Assembly (NCBI GenBank): GCA_027306655.1
Contig: DAHUZL010000143.1
Coordinates: 10,645 to 74,644, forward strand
Direction: 5' to 3'
DNA length: 64,000 bases
From: Candidatus Dormiibacterota bacterium
Lineage (GTDB): Bacteria > Chloroflexota > Dormibacteria > Aeolococcales > Bog-877
In this document: positions 10,041 through 17,900 of the stretch, in pieces
Layout of the letters: each line of letters starts with the position of its first letter
Position numbering within the stretch: position 1 is the stretch's first letter
The notes under the pieces: model-generated
Seen by the model: the letters and a program-made list of their open reading frames with translations, nothing else
What the model was told of the DNA's origin: nothing
The model's database searches: none
Program-made: the position numbers and the translations under genes

Positions 10041-10169
10041 GTACCGCGTTCGCCTGGGAACCGAGTCTGGGAGGCCTGAAGGGAGGAGCCAGGCTTCTGG
10101 CAGCGCTATCGGGGCGTGATCTCCGACGATGGCACGCTCATCACCGGCGACCCGGTGATGAGCGCTGGA

Positions 10170-11195
10170 CTAAACGGGTCGAACGTCACCGGTCCATCCG
10201 GCACCGTCCCACCGACGCATCTGCCCTGGCGCCTGTGGGTCGGCGTACCAGCCAGCCGGCCAGGTCGGGGTCGGCATGGCTGGGGGACCCACGGGCAGGA
10301 CAGCCGGGGCAGTGTTTGGCACGCTGCCGCCGACGATCTGGTTGACGATGACCGGCGCTGCGCGTTTGGCGCTCATCGCCATCGCGAGCGATACTGCCCA
10401 CCCGATAAGAGTCCAGCCAAGGAGAAGGTTGATCGCAAGTACTGCGCCCTTCTGATGGTGCTGCCTGAAGAGAGCGATGATTGTAGGTAGGAAGTAGAAG
10501 AGGACCGCGAGAACGATCAGGAGGATGAGCACCCCGCCTATGCCGGTCGCTACGGTGGCTGCAGCGACCGAACCACCGCTATGGGTCGCGGGATGCTGAA
10601 CCTGACCCAGGATCAGCCGAGGAGTCTGCCCCGCCGTCGCGATCGGCACGGGTTGGTACGAGTTGAGGATCAGTGTCGCCACATGATGCGCACTTTGGGG
10701 CAGCCAGCAGTCGATCTGAGTGTATCCCTGTTTGGTAACAATGACCAATCCATTGTCCGGGTAGGGATCGTCGGACGAAAGCGCGGCATATGCCAGACGA
10801 GTCGGACTGATGCTGTCCGTGCTGGTCACTCGCACCCCACCGCCGACCTCGGGTTGGGGGGCGCCGGTCCCTTCGTTGTGTGAGCATCCGTAGCAGCCAC
10901 TGAAGACAAGCTGGATCTTCTGCGCTGGATCCGATGGATCCGACCAGACAAGTGTGGAATGATCCGAAGGGTAGCTCTCGTTGTGGAACGTCCAGGACGC
11001 CGGCACGAGTATCGAGTATCCCCAAATTGACGACGTCCGGACTGTAAGTGGTGGCGCTTGGGCCGCCGCTGTGCAAGACCCCAATGCGAGGCCGATGAAC
11101 GCTAGGACTGCGTATTCCAGCCCCTTGAACAGGGGGCTGCGCGGAGGAGTGTTGGAACTACGGGCACCCGGGACGGAAGCGATCAACAAGACCAC
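10170..11195 (-). CDS. Membrane protein: lipoprotein-like N-domain + Imm_superinfect 2-TM domain + C-terminal DUF2510-like motif
   Basis: Signal/lipobox-like LAFIGLALGSC. Two TM helices with FLPTIIALFRQHHQKGAVLAINLLLGWTLIGWAVSLAMA (superinfection-immunity protein family signature). C-terminal WPAGWYADPQAPGQMRRWDGAGWT (DUF2510-type W-Y-x-D-P ... RWWDG-x-W). Low-GC gene. Confidence 0.6.
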   Translation of the reverse strand: MVLLIASVPGARSSNTPPRSPLFKGLEYAVLAFIGLALGSCTAAAQAPPLTVRTSSIWGYSILVPASWTFHNESYPSDHSTLVWSDPSDPAQKIQLVFSGCYGCSHNEGTGAPQPEVGGGVRVTSTDSISPTRLAYAALSSDDPYPDNGLVIVTKQGYTQIDCWLPQSAHHVATLILNSYQPVPIATAGQTPRLILGQVQHPATHSGGSVAAATVATGIGGVLILLIVLAVLFYFLPTIIALFRQHHQKGAVLAINLLLGWTLIGWAVSLAMAMSAKRAAPVIVNQIVGGSVPNTAPAVLPVGPPAMPTPTWPAGWYADPQAPGQMRRWDGAGWTGDVRPV

Positions 11196-12358
11196 CTTGC
11201 ATACCGTGACGAACCGACGCTACACCACGCTCGTCGAGTCCCTCCAACCTATTGACATTTGAGTAACGTGTCAACTTGCTGACTGCCACAACGACGTCAC
11301 CATCGGGCTGCGGAACTTGTCAACCCGTTTTCCTGAGTTCCGCAGCAAGGGTAGGCGCCTAGCCCGGCTAGCAGCGTCTGACGGTCGGCAGGGGGCGTTG
11401 TCCCCAACGGTGTGTGGCGATAGGTCGTGGACGTGGTCGAGCAGCGTCGGGAGGCGGGGTGGTGCCAAGGAAGAGCTCCAAGTCGGGCCGGCTGGCCGAG
11501 ATCGAAGGGCCGCGCCAGCCGTGGCGGCGCACGCGCAGGCTGAAGGGAGCGCCCCCGAGCGTGGCGATCATCGGCTCGCGCCCGTCGCCGAAGAAGAGCC
11601 AGCAGCTGTCCTGGAGCTCGCCGCGGGCGGATCAGTGGATGGTGGCCAGGCCGGCGCTGAGGACCTGCGCCACCGGGGTCACTCGACGACCCCCGCTGAA
11701 CTCGGGGCCGTATTTTGCATCCGCGGCAAGACGGGCCCTGCGGGAGCCGGGGCCGCCATCGGTCCACCAACGGGTCGGCGCTCTCGGCACGGTCGCAGGC
11801 GACGACCTGGACGACATGGAGGCCGTTCTGGACCGATAGCGCCCGCTCCGGGTGGGGCGGCGGCTGGGCGGCCCGCTCGCCTTCCACGAGAATCCAGCTG
11901 TTCACGGCTGAGCGGACTCGGAACGCCACAATCCCGGTCAGGGTCGCCTTGAGTTGGCTGGAGACGGCATCGGCCTGCGGGCGCTGGGTGGCGCAGAGGA
12001 GGTCGGCGGCCGCCGCCCGGCCTCCCCGCAACCGCCTGCTGGGCGGCGCGGTCGGCTCGGTCGACCAGTCCGCCCGGGCAGGTGACCTCTGCCGGCTCGT
12101 CCACCACTGCCACCAGCCGGGGCCAGGGCGGCCGCTCCTCGGTCATGTCCGCCCACGTGCCGATGGCTGGGATGCCGGCCGCCCCGGAGCGCAGCCGGGC
12201 GCCGGGTCAGTTCCGCCGCCACCGCGGCCGCCCCGTCCGCGGCCGCGTCGAGCGTGCCGGCCACCGGGCCGGCGGCATGCGACGCATGGGTGTATCCGAC
12301 CTATGGGGCTATGCGCAGGGTCCGCCGGGTCCGGCCAGAGTGGGTACCATCCGCTTCC

Positions 12359-12586
12359 ATGTCGCCGCTTCCCCGCGTCGTCGGCCGCGACGTTGTCCGG
12401 GCTCTGCGGCGGCTCGGGTGGGCGGTCGTCGTCCAGCAGGGGTCGCACGCACAGCTCAAGCATCCCGAGCGCCCCGGGCGAGTCACCGTCCCTTTACACG
12501 CCGGCGAGATCATCGGACCCAGGCTCCTTTACTCCATCCTGGCCCAGGCCGGACTGACCGTGGACGACTTCCGATCGGCCCTGTGA
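12359..12586 (+). CDS. hicA: Type II toxin HicA (mRNA interferase)
   Basis: MSPLPRVVGRDVVRALRRLGWAVVVQQGSHAQLKHPERPGRVTVPLHAGEIIGPRLLYSILAQAGLTVDDFRSAL: canonical HicA/YcfA architecture with the GSH motif. Confidence 0.8.
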   Translation: MSPLPRVVGRDVVRALRRLGWAVVVQQGSHAQLKHPERPGRVTVPLHAGEIIGPRLLYSILAQAGLTVDDFRSAL

Positions 12587-12598
12587 GAGAATGACGCA

Positions 12599-12823
12599 AT
12601 GCGCACGTACACGATCGTGGTGGAACCTGAGGAGACGGGCGGCTTCTCGGTGACCGTTCCCGCACTCCCGGGCTGCTTCACCCAGGGGCGATCCATCGAG
12701 GAGTGCCGGGCGCGCGCTCAGGAGGCCATCGCCGTCCACATCGCTGGCCTCCGGGCTGACGGCGAGCTCGTCCCTGAGGAGGTGGCGGCGCCTCAATTGC
12801 TGACCGTTACCGTCGCAGCCTGA
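12599..12823 (+). CDS. hicB: Type II antitoxin HicB (UPF0150 family)
   Basis: MRTYTIVVEPEETGGFSVTVPALPGCFTQGRSIEECRARAQEAIAVHIAGL: typical HicB N-terminal RNase-H-like domain. Confidence 0.8.
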   Translation: MRTYTIVVEPEETGGFSVTVPALPGCFTQGRSIEECRARAQEAIAVHIAGLRADGELVPEEVAAPQLLTVTVAA

Positions 12824-12926
12824 CAGTTCCTTGCTGTCGGGGATTGCCGAGCCGAAGGACTCCCGCAGACGTGCGGCATAGCGTGGCCCTCCCTCCTGGG
12901 TCCGGCCGGGCTGACCGTGGACGACG

Positions 12927-12955
12927 TCCGGAGTTCGAATCCCCGCGCCGGCTCC
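12927..12955 (+). repeat. attR-type direct repeat (tRNA-Thr 3'-end fragment)
   Basis: tccggAgttcgaatccccgcgccggctcc: 28/29 identical to tRNA positions 9395-9423. No upstream tRNA body, so a fragment rather than a second tRNA. Confidence 0.75.
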
Positions 12956-12989
12956 GGCCCGCGCATCCCGACCGACGTCGGGCGATCGC

Positions 12990-13496
12990 TCAGGCTGGCC
13001 CCGTCACAAGGATGCCCAGCACGGTCGCGCCGTACGTGCGGCACGCGCCGGCCACCCGGACCACGAGATGGGTGAGGGCGACGTCGAAGGACCACACCTC
13101 ACCCGTGAGCGTCGTCATGGTGTCGCGCACGGAGTAGGTTTCATCGCTGCACCGCGGGAGCCCGGCGCCCGCGCGGGTGACGATCGTCCCGAGATTGAAG
13201 CCGCCGACCACGGTCCCCCCTCCGGCGAGCTGCATCGCGAAGGAGCCGCCACGGATCGTCGTCGTGCAGCGGGCGGTCACCGGCGCCGCCGGGCAGCTGA
13301 TCGGGGCCAGCAGGCCGTGCACCACCGTGGCCCGCCAGACCCCGGCCCCACCGGGCGCTCCCCACGAGACGCCCTCGAAGGTGCCGCTGGTGGCCGTCGC
13401 CCCGGGCAGCTCCAAGCCGATCAGATGATCGACCGGGACGATCGCCGCGGACGTCGCCACCGGGGCGGCGATGAGGGACAGGGTTGCCGCCACCAT
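12990..13496 (-). CDS. Secreted hypothetical protein (168 aa)
   Basis: Signal peptide MVAATLSLIAAPVATSAA. Gly/Thr/Ala-rich mature part with 4 Cys. No recognisable domain. Confidence 0.5.
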   Translation of the reverse strand: MVAATLSLIAAPVATSAAIVPVDHLIGLELPGATATSGTFEGVSWGAPGGAGVWRATVVHGLLAPISCPAAPVTARCTTTIRGGSFAMQLAGGGTVVGGFNLGTIVTRAGAGLPRCSDETYSVRDTMTTLTGEVWSFDVALTHLVVRVAGACRTYGATVLGILVTGPA

Positions 13497-13655
13497 GAGG
13501 CTCTGCCCCCGAATCCCCCCGAGCACGACCCTGATCCTCCTCCACCCGGGCGGTCGCCCCTGCTGCCCGGCGGGCGTCGAGACGCCTGCCGGATCCATCG
13601 TAGGACGGGGGCGTTGGGCGGTCAATCCCCGGCGGGGCGGGGCGGAGTCGGCGGG

Positions 13656-13853
13656 TCAGGGGCGCGGCGAGGGGCTGGGGACCGGCCGGCCGGTCCGGCG
13701 GGCGGCCTCGATCCAGGCGTCGGCGGCGACCTCCACCTCGGCGACCGCCTCGTGCGGGGTCGCGCCATGCGCGCTGCAGGCGACGAGATCGGGGACGTCA
13801 GCGATCCAGACCCCGTCCTCGTCGCTCCAGCGGACGTCGATCGGGTATCTCAC
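13656..13853 (-). CDS. hicB: Type II antitoxin HicB (second copy)
   Basis: MRYPIDVRWSDEDGVWIADVPDLVACSAHGATPHEAVAEVEVAADAWIEA: UPF0150/HicB signature. Confidence 0.7.
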   Translation of the reverse strand: MRYPIDVRWSDEDGVWIADVPDLVACSAHGATPHEAVAEVEVAADAWIEAARRTGRPVPSPSPRP

Positions 13854-14106
13854 GGCTCCTCCTCAGCTGCAGATCGTGCTGACGCACCAGGCTCCCCACC
13901 CGGCGCACCTGGTAGCGCTTGGCCTGGCCGCCGTCCTCCTGGAGGGTCACCAGCTCCTCGACGGCCGGGTGAGCGTAGACGCCGTGCCGGCCTCGGCTCC
14001 CCACCCGCTCGAACCCGAGTCCCCGCATCAACCGCTGCAGGTCGGCCAATGCCACGTTGTCGTGGTGGCGGTCGCGGATCCGGCCGAAGAGCTGATCGGG
14101 GCGCAT
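13798..14106 (-). CDS. hicA: Type II toxin HicA-family (second copy, C-terminally extended)
   Basis: ALADLQRLMRGLGFERVGSRGRHGVYAHP...YQVRRVGSLVRQ resembles COG1724 HicA-like proteins. The ORF continues ~20 aa past the usual end and overlaps hicB by 56 nt. Confidence 0.55.
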   Translation of the reverse strand: MRPDQLFGRIRDRHHDNVALADLQRLMRGLGFERVGSRGRHGVYAHPAVEELVTLQEDGGQAKRYQVRRVGSLVRQHDLQLRRSREIPDRRPLERRGRGLDR

Positions 14107-14204
14107 GCCCGAGAGGTCCCGCCGGCGATAGGATTCGGGGCGCGCCCCACGTCCGACCGGCGCCTCCGCCCCCCGTCGGTGGGGCCGGCCCGGTCGGGGT
14201 GAGG

Positions 14205-16019
14205 TCAGGGGACCGGCGCGGTGCAGCCCGGGGTCGATAGCTCGGGATTGGCGCGGGGCGAGCTGATCAGCGTGCCCCCATAGCGCACGGTGTCGGGCCG
14301 GCCGTACTGGGCATCACCCCCGAAGCTGGCCACGGTGGCGGTCGGGATGGTGCCGCCGAAGTTGAAGGCGCACGTTCCCGAGGGAGGGCTGGATCCGACC
14401 GCGGGGGTCGAGCGGCCCACGCTCCAGTAGGGGTAGAAGGCGGCCCCGATCGGCCCGGCCGTGCAGCCCCGGCCGGTGTGGGTGTCGCACAGGGCCTCCG
14501 AGCCGCCCACATCGGTCTCGAACTGGACCTGGGGGTAGCCCCGGCCGTGGGAGAAGGGGCCGATGTACTGCAGCGAGGTGGGATGCAGGCTGCTGCCGTT
14601 GGACCAGTCGGCGAGGTAGGCGCTGCCGTCGAAGTCGAGGTCGCCGTTCTGGAACGTGTTGGCCTGGCAGCCCGCGATCGGCCACCCCACCTGCTGGAAG
14701 GCGCCGTTGACGACCAGCGGCCGCGGTCCCCGCGGCATGCACAGCCCATCCGAGAACTCGCACGGCACCAGCGTGAGCACGAGGTTGTGGAACGGACAGG
14801 CGAGGCCGGCCTCGGTGGTCGGGCTCTGGCAGGCGCCGGTGACCGCGTTGCAGGGGCCCTCGCCGGCCCTCGCCCCCTCGACCCCGCCGACGCAGGTCTG
14901 GGACACCGCCGCATCGACGAACGACTGCCCGCCGGCGTAGGGAACGCTGAAGGGGAAGGGGTGGCTCAGGCTCGAGCACGGCTCGAAGTGGCCCAGCTCG
15001 TTGGCCAGCATCACGCTCCCCTCGGCGGCCGCCCACGGCACCTGGTTCTGCGGCGCGGCGGAGCTGAACTCGGCGTGGAACGTGAACGGGTGGCCACTGC
15101 AGTCGAGGGCGCTGGTGTTCATGAAGCCGTTAGCGGCGCTGGCGGTCATCCATCCCGATTGGCCGGTGGTGAGGTCGGTGACCTCGGTGCGCAGCCCTCC
15201 GACCGAGTCGGTGACGCTCACCTGGAGCTGGTCGCCGGGATTCATCATCAGGGTGGTGGCGTTCGGGGTGAAGCTGGCGACATCGGCCAGCTGCGGGCTG
15301 GGGGGCCCGGCGGGGACACCGTTGCGCTGGAGGAAGGCAAAGTTGACCGGCTCGGTGCAGTTGGGGTTGATGAACTTGAAGCCGTACGTGGCCTCCAGGC
15401 TGTCGATGGTGAGGGCAGCGCACCACCGACCCGCGCTGCAGCTGGGGGCGTCGATGAAGGGGGGATACCCGGGCGGGTAGAACTGCAGCTCCATGAACGC
15501 GGACCCGGCGGCGAGCGGGTCCTTGGTCCCACTGCCATTGCGGTTGCTGTCGGGGATGCAGGGGTTGAGGGGGTACGACTGGGGGTCGCAGAGAGCCATC
15601 CCCAACCACACCGCCGGGACCAGCTCGGCCATGTCGGAGGTGATCGGCAAATGGGTGGAGACGGTCGGCGTTCCCGCGGGGTCGGTCGAGAGCCTCATGT
15701 CGTAGGTGAGGGTGTTGGCGCTGCCTGGGGCATTCGAGAGGAAGCGCACCATCGGCTCGTCGTGGCCGACGTACCGACCGTTGTCGTAGAAGCGGGCGGC
15801 GTCGCCGCCCCAGATCGCGAGCGGATCGGCGCACAGCCCGCCGAGATCGACCTTGACGGAGCGGTAGGTGAGGCTGTGGCCGTTGCAGTCGAGCATGTTG
15901 GTGGGATTGGGGGTGACGCCGCCCACGCTGACGCCGCTCACCGGGACCGCCCCACCCAGGCCGACGGTGGTCCCCAGAAGCGCGGCGAGTGCGAGGACGC
16001 GGAAGCGTGTGGACGGCAT
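14205..16019 (-). CDS. Large cysteine-rich secreted hypothetical protein (604 aa)
   Basis: ATG at 16019 (the listed ORF extends upstream in frame without support). Signal peptide MPSTRFRVLALAALLGTTVGLGGA. ~24 Cys, many Gly/Pro/Thr. No family recognisable from sequence. Confidence 0.65.
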   Translation of the reverse strand: MPSTRFRVLALAALLGTTVGLGGAVPVSGVSVGGVTPNPTNMLDCNGHSLTYRSVKVDLGGLCADPLAIWGGDAARFYDNGRYVGHDEPMVRFLSNAPGSANTLTYDMRLSTDPAGTPTVSTHLPITSDMAELVPAVWLGMALCDPQSYPLNPCIPDSNRNGSGTKDPLAAGSAFMELQFYPPGYPPFIDAPSCSAGRWCAALTIDSLEATYGFKFINPNCTEPVNFAFLQRNGVPAGPPSPQLADVASFTPNATTLMMNPGDQLQVSVTDSVGGLRTEVTDLTTGQSGWMTASAANGFMNTSALDCSGHPFTFHAEFSSAAPQNQVPWAAAEGSVMLANELGHFEPCSSLSHPFPFSVPYAGGQSFVDAAVSQTCVGGVEGARAGEGPCNAVTGACQSPTTEAGLACPFHNLVLTLVPCEFSDGLCMPRGPRPLVVNGAFQQVGWPIAGCQANTFQNGDLDFDGSAYLADWSNGSSLHPTSLQYIGPFSHGRGYPQVQFETDVGGSEALCDTHTGRGCTAGPIGAAFYPYWSVGRSTPAVGSSPPSGTCAFNFGGTIPTATVASFGGDAQYGRPDTVRYGGTLISSPRANPELSTPGCTAPVP

Positions 16020-16215
16020 GTGAACCCCCAGGTGGTGCGAACCCACCGCATCTTCCCAGCGGCCACCCCGGGCGTCAAGGCGACCCGGCGGGCGCCCGGC
16101 GGCGACCCCCGCCCTACCCGTGCCGTCGAGGCGGCCCGGGCGAGGCGGGGGAACCGCAGGGGTGTCGGGCCGCGTCTCTACGGCAGCAGTCGCCCTGTGG
16201 GGGCGCCGAGGAGGC

Positions 16216-17016
16216 ATGCGCGTGAAGGCAGCGGCACATCGTCCGACGACCCTGGGCCTGGTGGCGGCGGCCGTCCTCGGGGGCGGCTGGTTGCTGGCCG
16301 GATGCGGCGCCGCCGCTGGGGCCTCCTCGATCGCGGCGACGGCAACGAGCGGCGCGGCGGCGTGCGGACGCTCCGCTCCCAAGCTCACCGTCCACGGGAC
16401 CGGCCAGGCCAGCGGCACCCCCAACCTGCTCACGATCCAGTTCCAGATCGGGGTCACCCGCGCGAGCGCGGAGACCGCCCTTGCGGTGGATAACAGCAAG
16501 ACCGCCCGGGTGATGGCCGACCTGGTCCAGGGCGGGGTCCGCCGGGACGACATCCAGACCACCGGGCTCACGATCCAGCCCAACTACGTCTATCCCAACG
16601 GGGTGCAGCGGCTGGCCGGCTACGCCGTCACCAACTCCATCACGGCCCTGGTCCGCGACCTCGGCCGGGCCGGCGCCACCATCGATGCCATCGCACAGGC
16701 GGGCGGCAACGCCACCGTGATCAACGGGCTCACCTTCTCGGTCGCGGATGGCCGCGCGATCGACTCCGCCGCCCGCGTGGATGCGGTCGACCAGGCGGTG
16801 GCGCGGGCCCGGGCGATGGCGCACGCGGCTGGGGAACGGCTGGGGCCGGTGTGCACCCTCACCGACGAGAGCCCGGTCCAGGTCCCGGTCTCGGTCTTCG
16901 GTCCCATCCCGACGGCGAGCAGGGCGGCGGCGCCGTTCGCCCCGGTGCCGCTGGCGGCGGGGACGGAGCAGGCGACGGCGACCGTCACCGTGGTGTACGC
17001 CCTCCAGGTGGGCTGA
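16216..17016 (+). CDS. SIMPL-domain (DUF541) lipoprotein
   Basis: Lipobox LLAGC after MRVKAAAHRPTTLGLVAAAVLGGGW. Body matches SIMPL/26-kDa periplasmic immunogenic protein family (LTIQFQIGVTRASAETA...VTNSITALVRDLGRAG...ATVTVVYAL). RBS GGAGG 3 nt upstream of ATG. Confidence 0.7.
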   Translation: MRVKAAAHRPTTLGLVAAAVLGGGWLLAGCGAAAGASSIAATATSGAAACGRSAPKLTVHGTGQASGTPNLLTIQFQIGVTRASAETALAVDNSKTARVMADLVQGGVRRDDIQTTGLTIQPNYVYPNGVQRLAGYAVTNSITALVRDLGRAGATIDAIAQAGGNATVINGLTFSVADGRAIDSAARVDAVDQAVARARAMAHAAGERLGPVCTLTDESPVQVPVSVFGPIPTASRAAAPFAPVPLAAGTEQATATVTVVYALQVG

Positions 17017-17842
17017 CCGCGAGCGGCATCGGCGGACGGTCGGGGGAGGTCTCGGCGAAGGCGGCCCCGGCGGCGCCGTCCACGGTGATCACCGCACCGT
17101 TGACGTAGCTGGAGCGCGGCTGGGCGAGGAATACGATGACCTCGGCGATCTCGCTCGCCTCCGCATAGCGGCCCATCGGCGCTGTCGACCAGCGCGCCGG
17201 GTCGGTGGCGCTGCTCTCGGGGTCGGCGAGCGGGCCCATATGTCGCATCCCGGGCAGGGTGTCTCCGGGACAGACGACGTTGACCCGCACCCCGTCGCCG
17301 ACGAGGTCGCGAGCGAGCAGGCGGCCCATCATGTTGAGAGCCGCCTTGCTGACGGAATAGGCGCCGACGGGGAGGTCGCCGCGCAGCCCCGCATCCGAGG
17401 AGACCAGCACCGCGGCGGCGGGCCGGCTGCGGCGCAGGACGGCTCGGGCCGCCTGGACCGCGACCAGGGGGCCGAGCACGTTGACCGCGAGGAGGTGCTC
17501 CAGGATGTGGGGAGGCGTGTCCGCGAGCGGGGCGACCACCCCGACGCCGGCACAGGCGACCAGGGCGTCAAGCCGGCCGAACGCGGCCTCGGCGGACCGG
17601 ACCGCGGTCGCGGCGCCCCCGGGGTCGCGGGCATCGGCGGCGACGAAATGGGCGGGGATGCCCTCGTCTCGAAGCTGAGCCTCGGCGGCCCGGCCGCGCC
17701 CGGGGTCGCGGCCGGTGACCACGATGCCATAGCCGTCCCGACCCAGCCGCCGGGCGGTGGCGAGGCCGATTCCCGAGGTGCCCCCGGTGACGAGGGCGGC
17801 GGCGGGGACGGGGGCGTGGGCGGGGTCCCGGTCCTGGGCCAT
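16985..17842 (-). CDS. SDR-family oxidoreductase
   Basis: LVTGGTSGIGLATARRL (TGxxxGxG), NAG-like VNVLGP, catalytic YSVSKAAL (YxxxK). 285 aa from ATG at 17842. 3' end overlaps the convergent SIMPL gene by ~30 nt. Confidence 0.85.
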   Translation of the reverse strand: MAQDRDPAHAPVPAAALVTGGTSGIGLATARRLGRDGYGIVVTGRDPGRGRAAEAQLRDEGIPAHFVAADARDPGGAATAVRSAEAAFGRLDALVACAGVGVVAPLADTPPHILEHLLAVNVLGPLVAVQAARAVLRRSRPAAAVLVSSDAGLRGDLPVGAYSVSKAALNMMGRLLARDLVGDGVRVNVVCPGDTLPGMRHMGPLADPESSATDPARWSTAPMGRYAEASEIAEVIVFLAQPRSSYVNGAVITVDGAAGAAFAETSPDRPPMPLAVSPPGGRTPR

Positions 17843-17872
17843 CCTGGGATGGTAGCCGGGGGCCACGGCCGG

Positions 17873-17878
17873 TAGACT
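17873..17878 (+). promoter_or_regulatory. Putative -10 hexamer (ggTAGACTgg)
   Basis: AT-rich hexamer 22 nt upstream of ATG 17901 in the SDR/secreted-protein divergent region. Same ggTAGACTgg context recurs upstream of hisS. Confidence 0.3.
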
Positions 17879-17900
17879 GGCGCGGACCGCTGGACGACGC

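Larger units (their letters stand above)
9424..12955. mobile_element. Decayed integrative island at tRNA-Thr (no intact integrase)
   Basis: Bounded by the tRNA gene and a 29-bp direct repeat of its 3' end. Markedly lower GC over ~9.45-11.3 kb. Contains an IS256 transposase remnant, an Imm_superinfect/DUF2510 membrane protein and a hicAB module. Confidence 0.6.

Noticed and set aside
16020-16215. Possible inverted repeat GGTGCGAACCCACC in the divergent promoter region between the Cys-rich gene and the SIMPL gene
   Set aside because: Arms match at only ~60% on close comparison. Not convincing as an operator.
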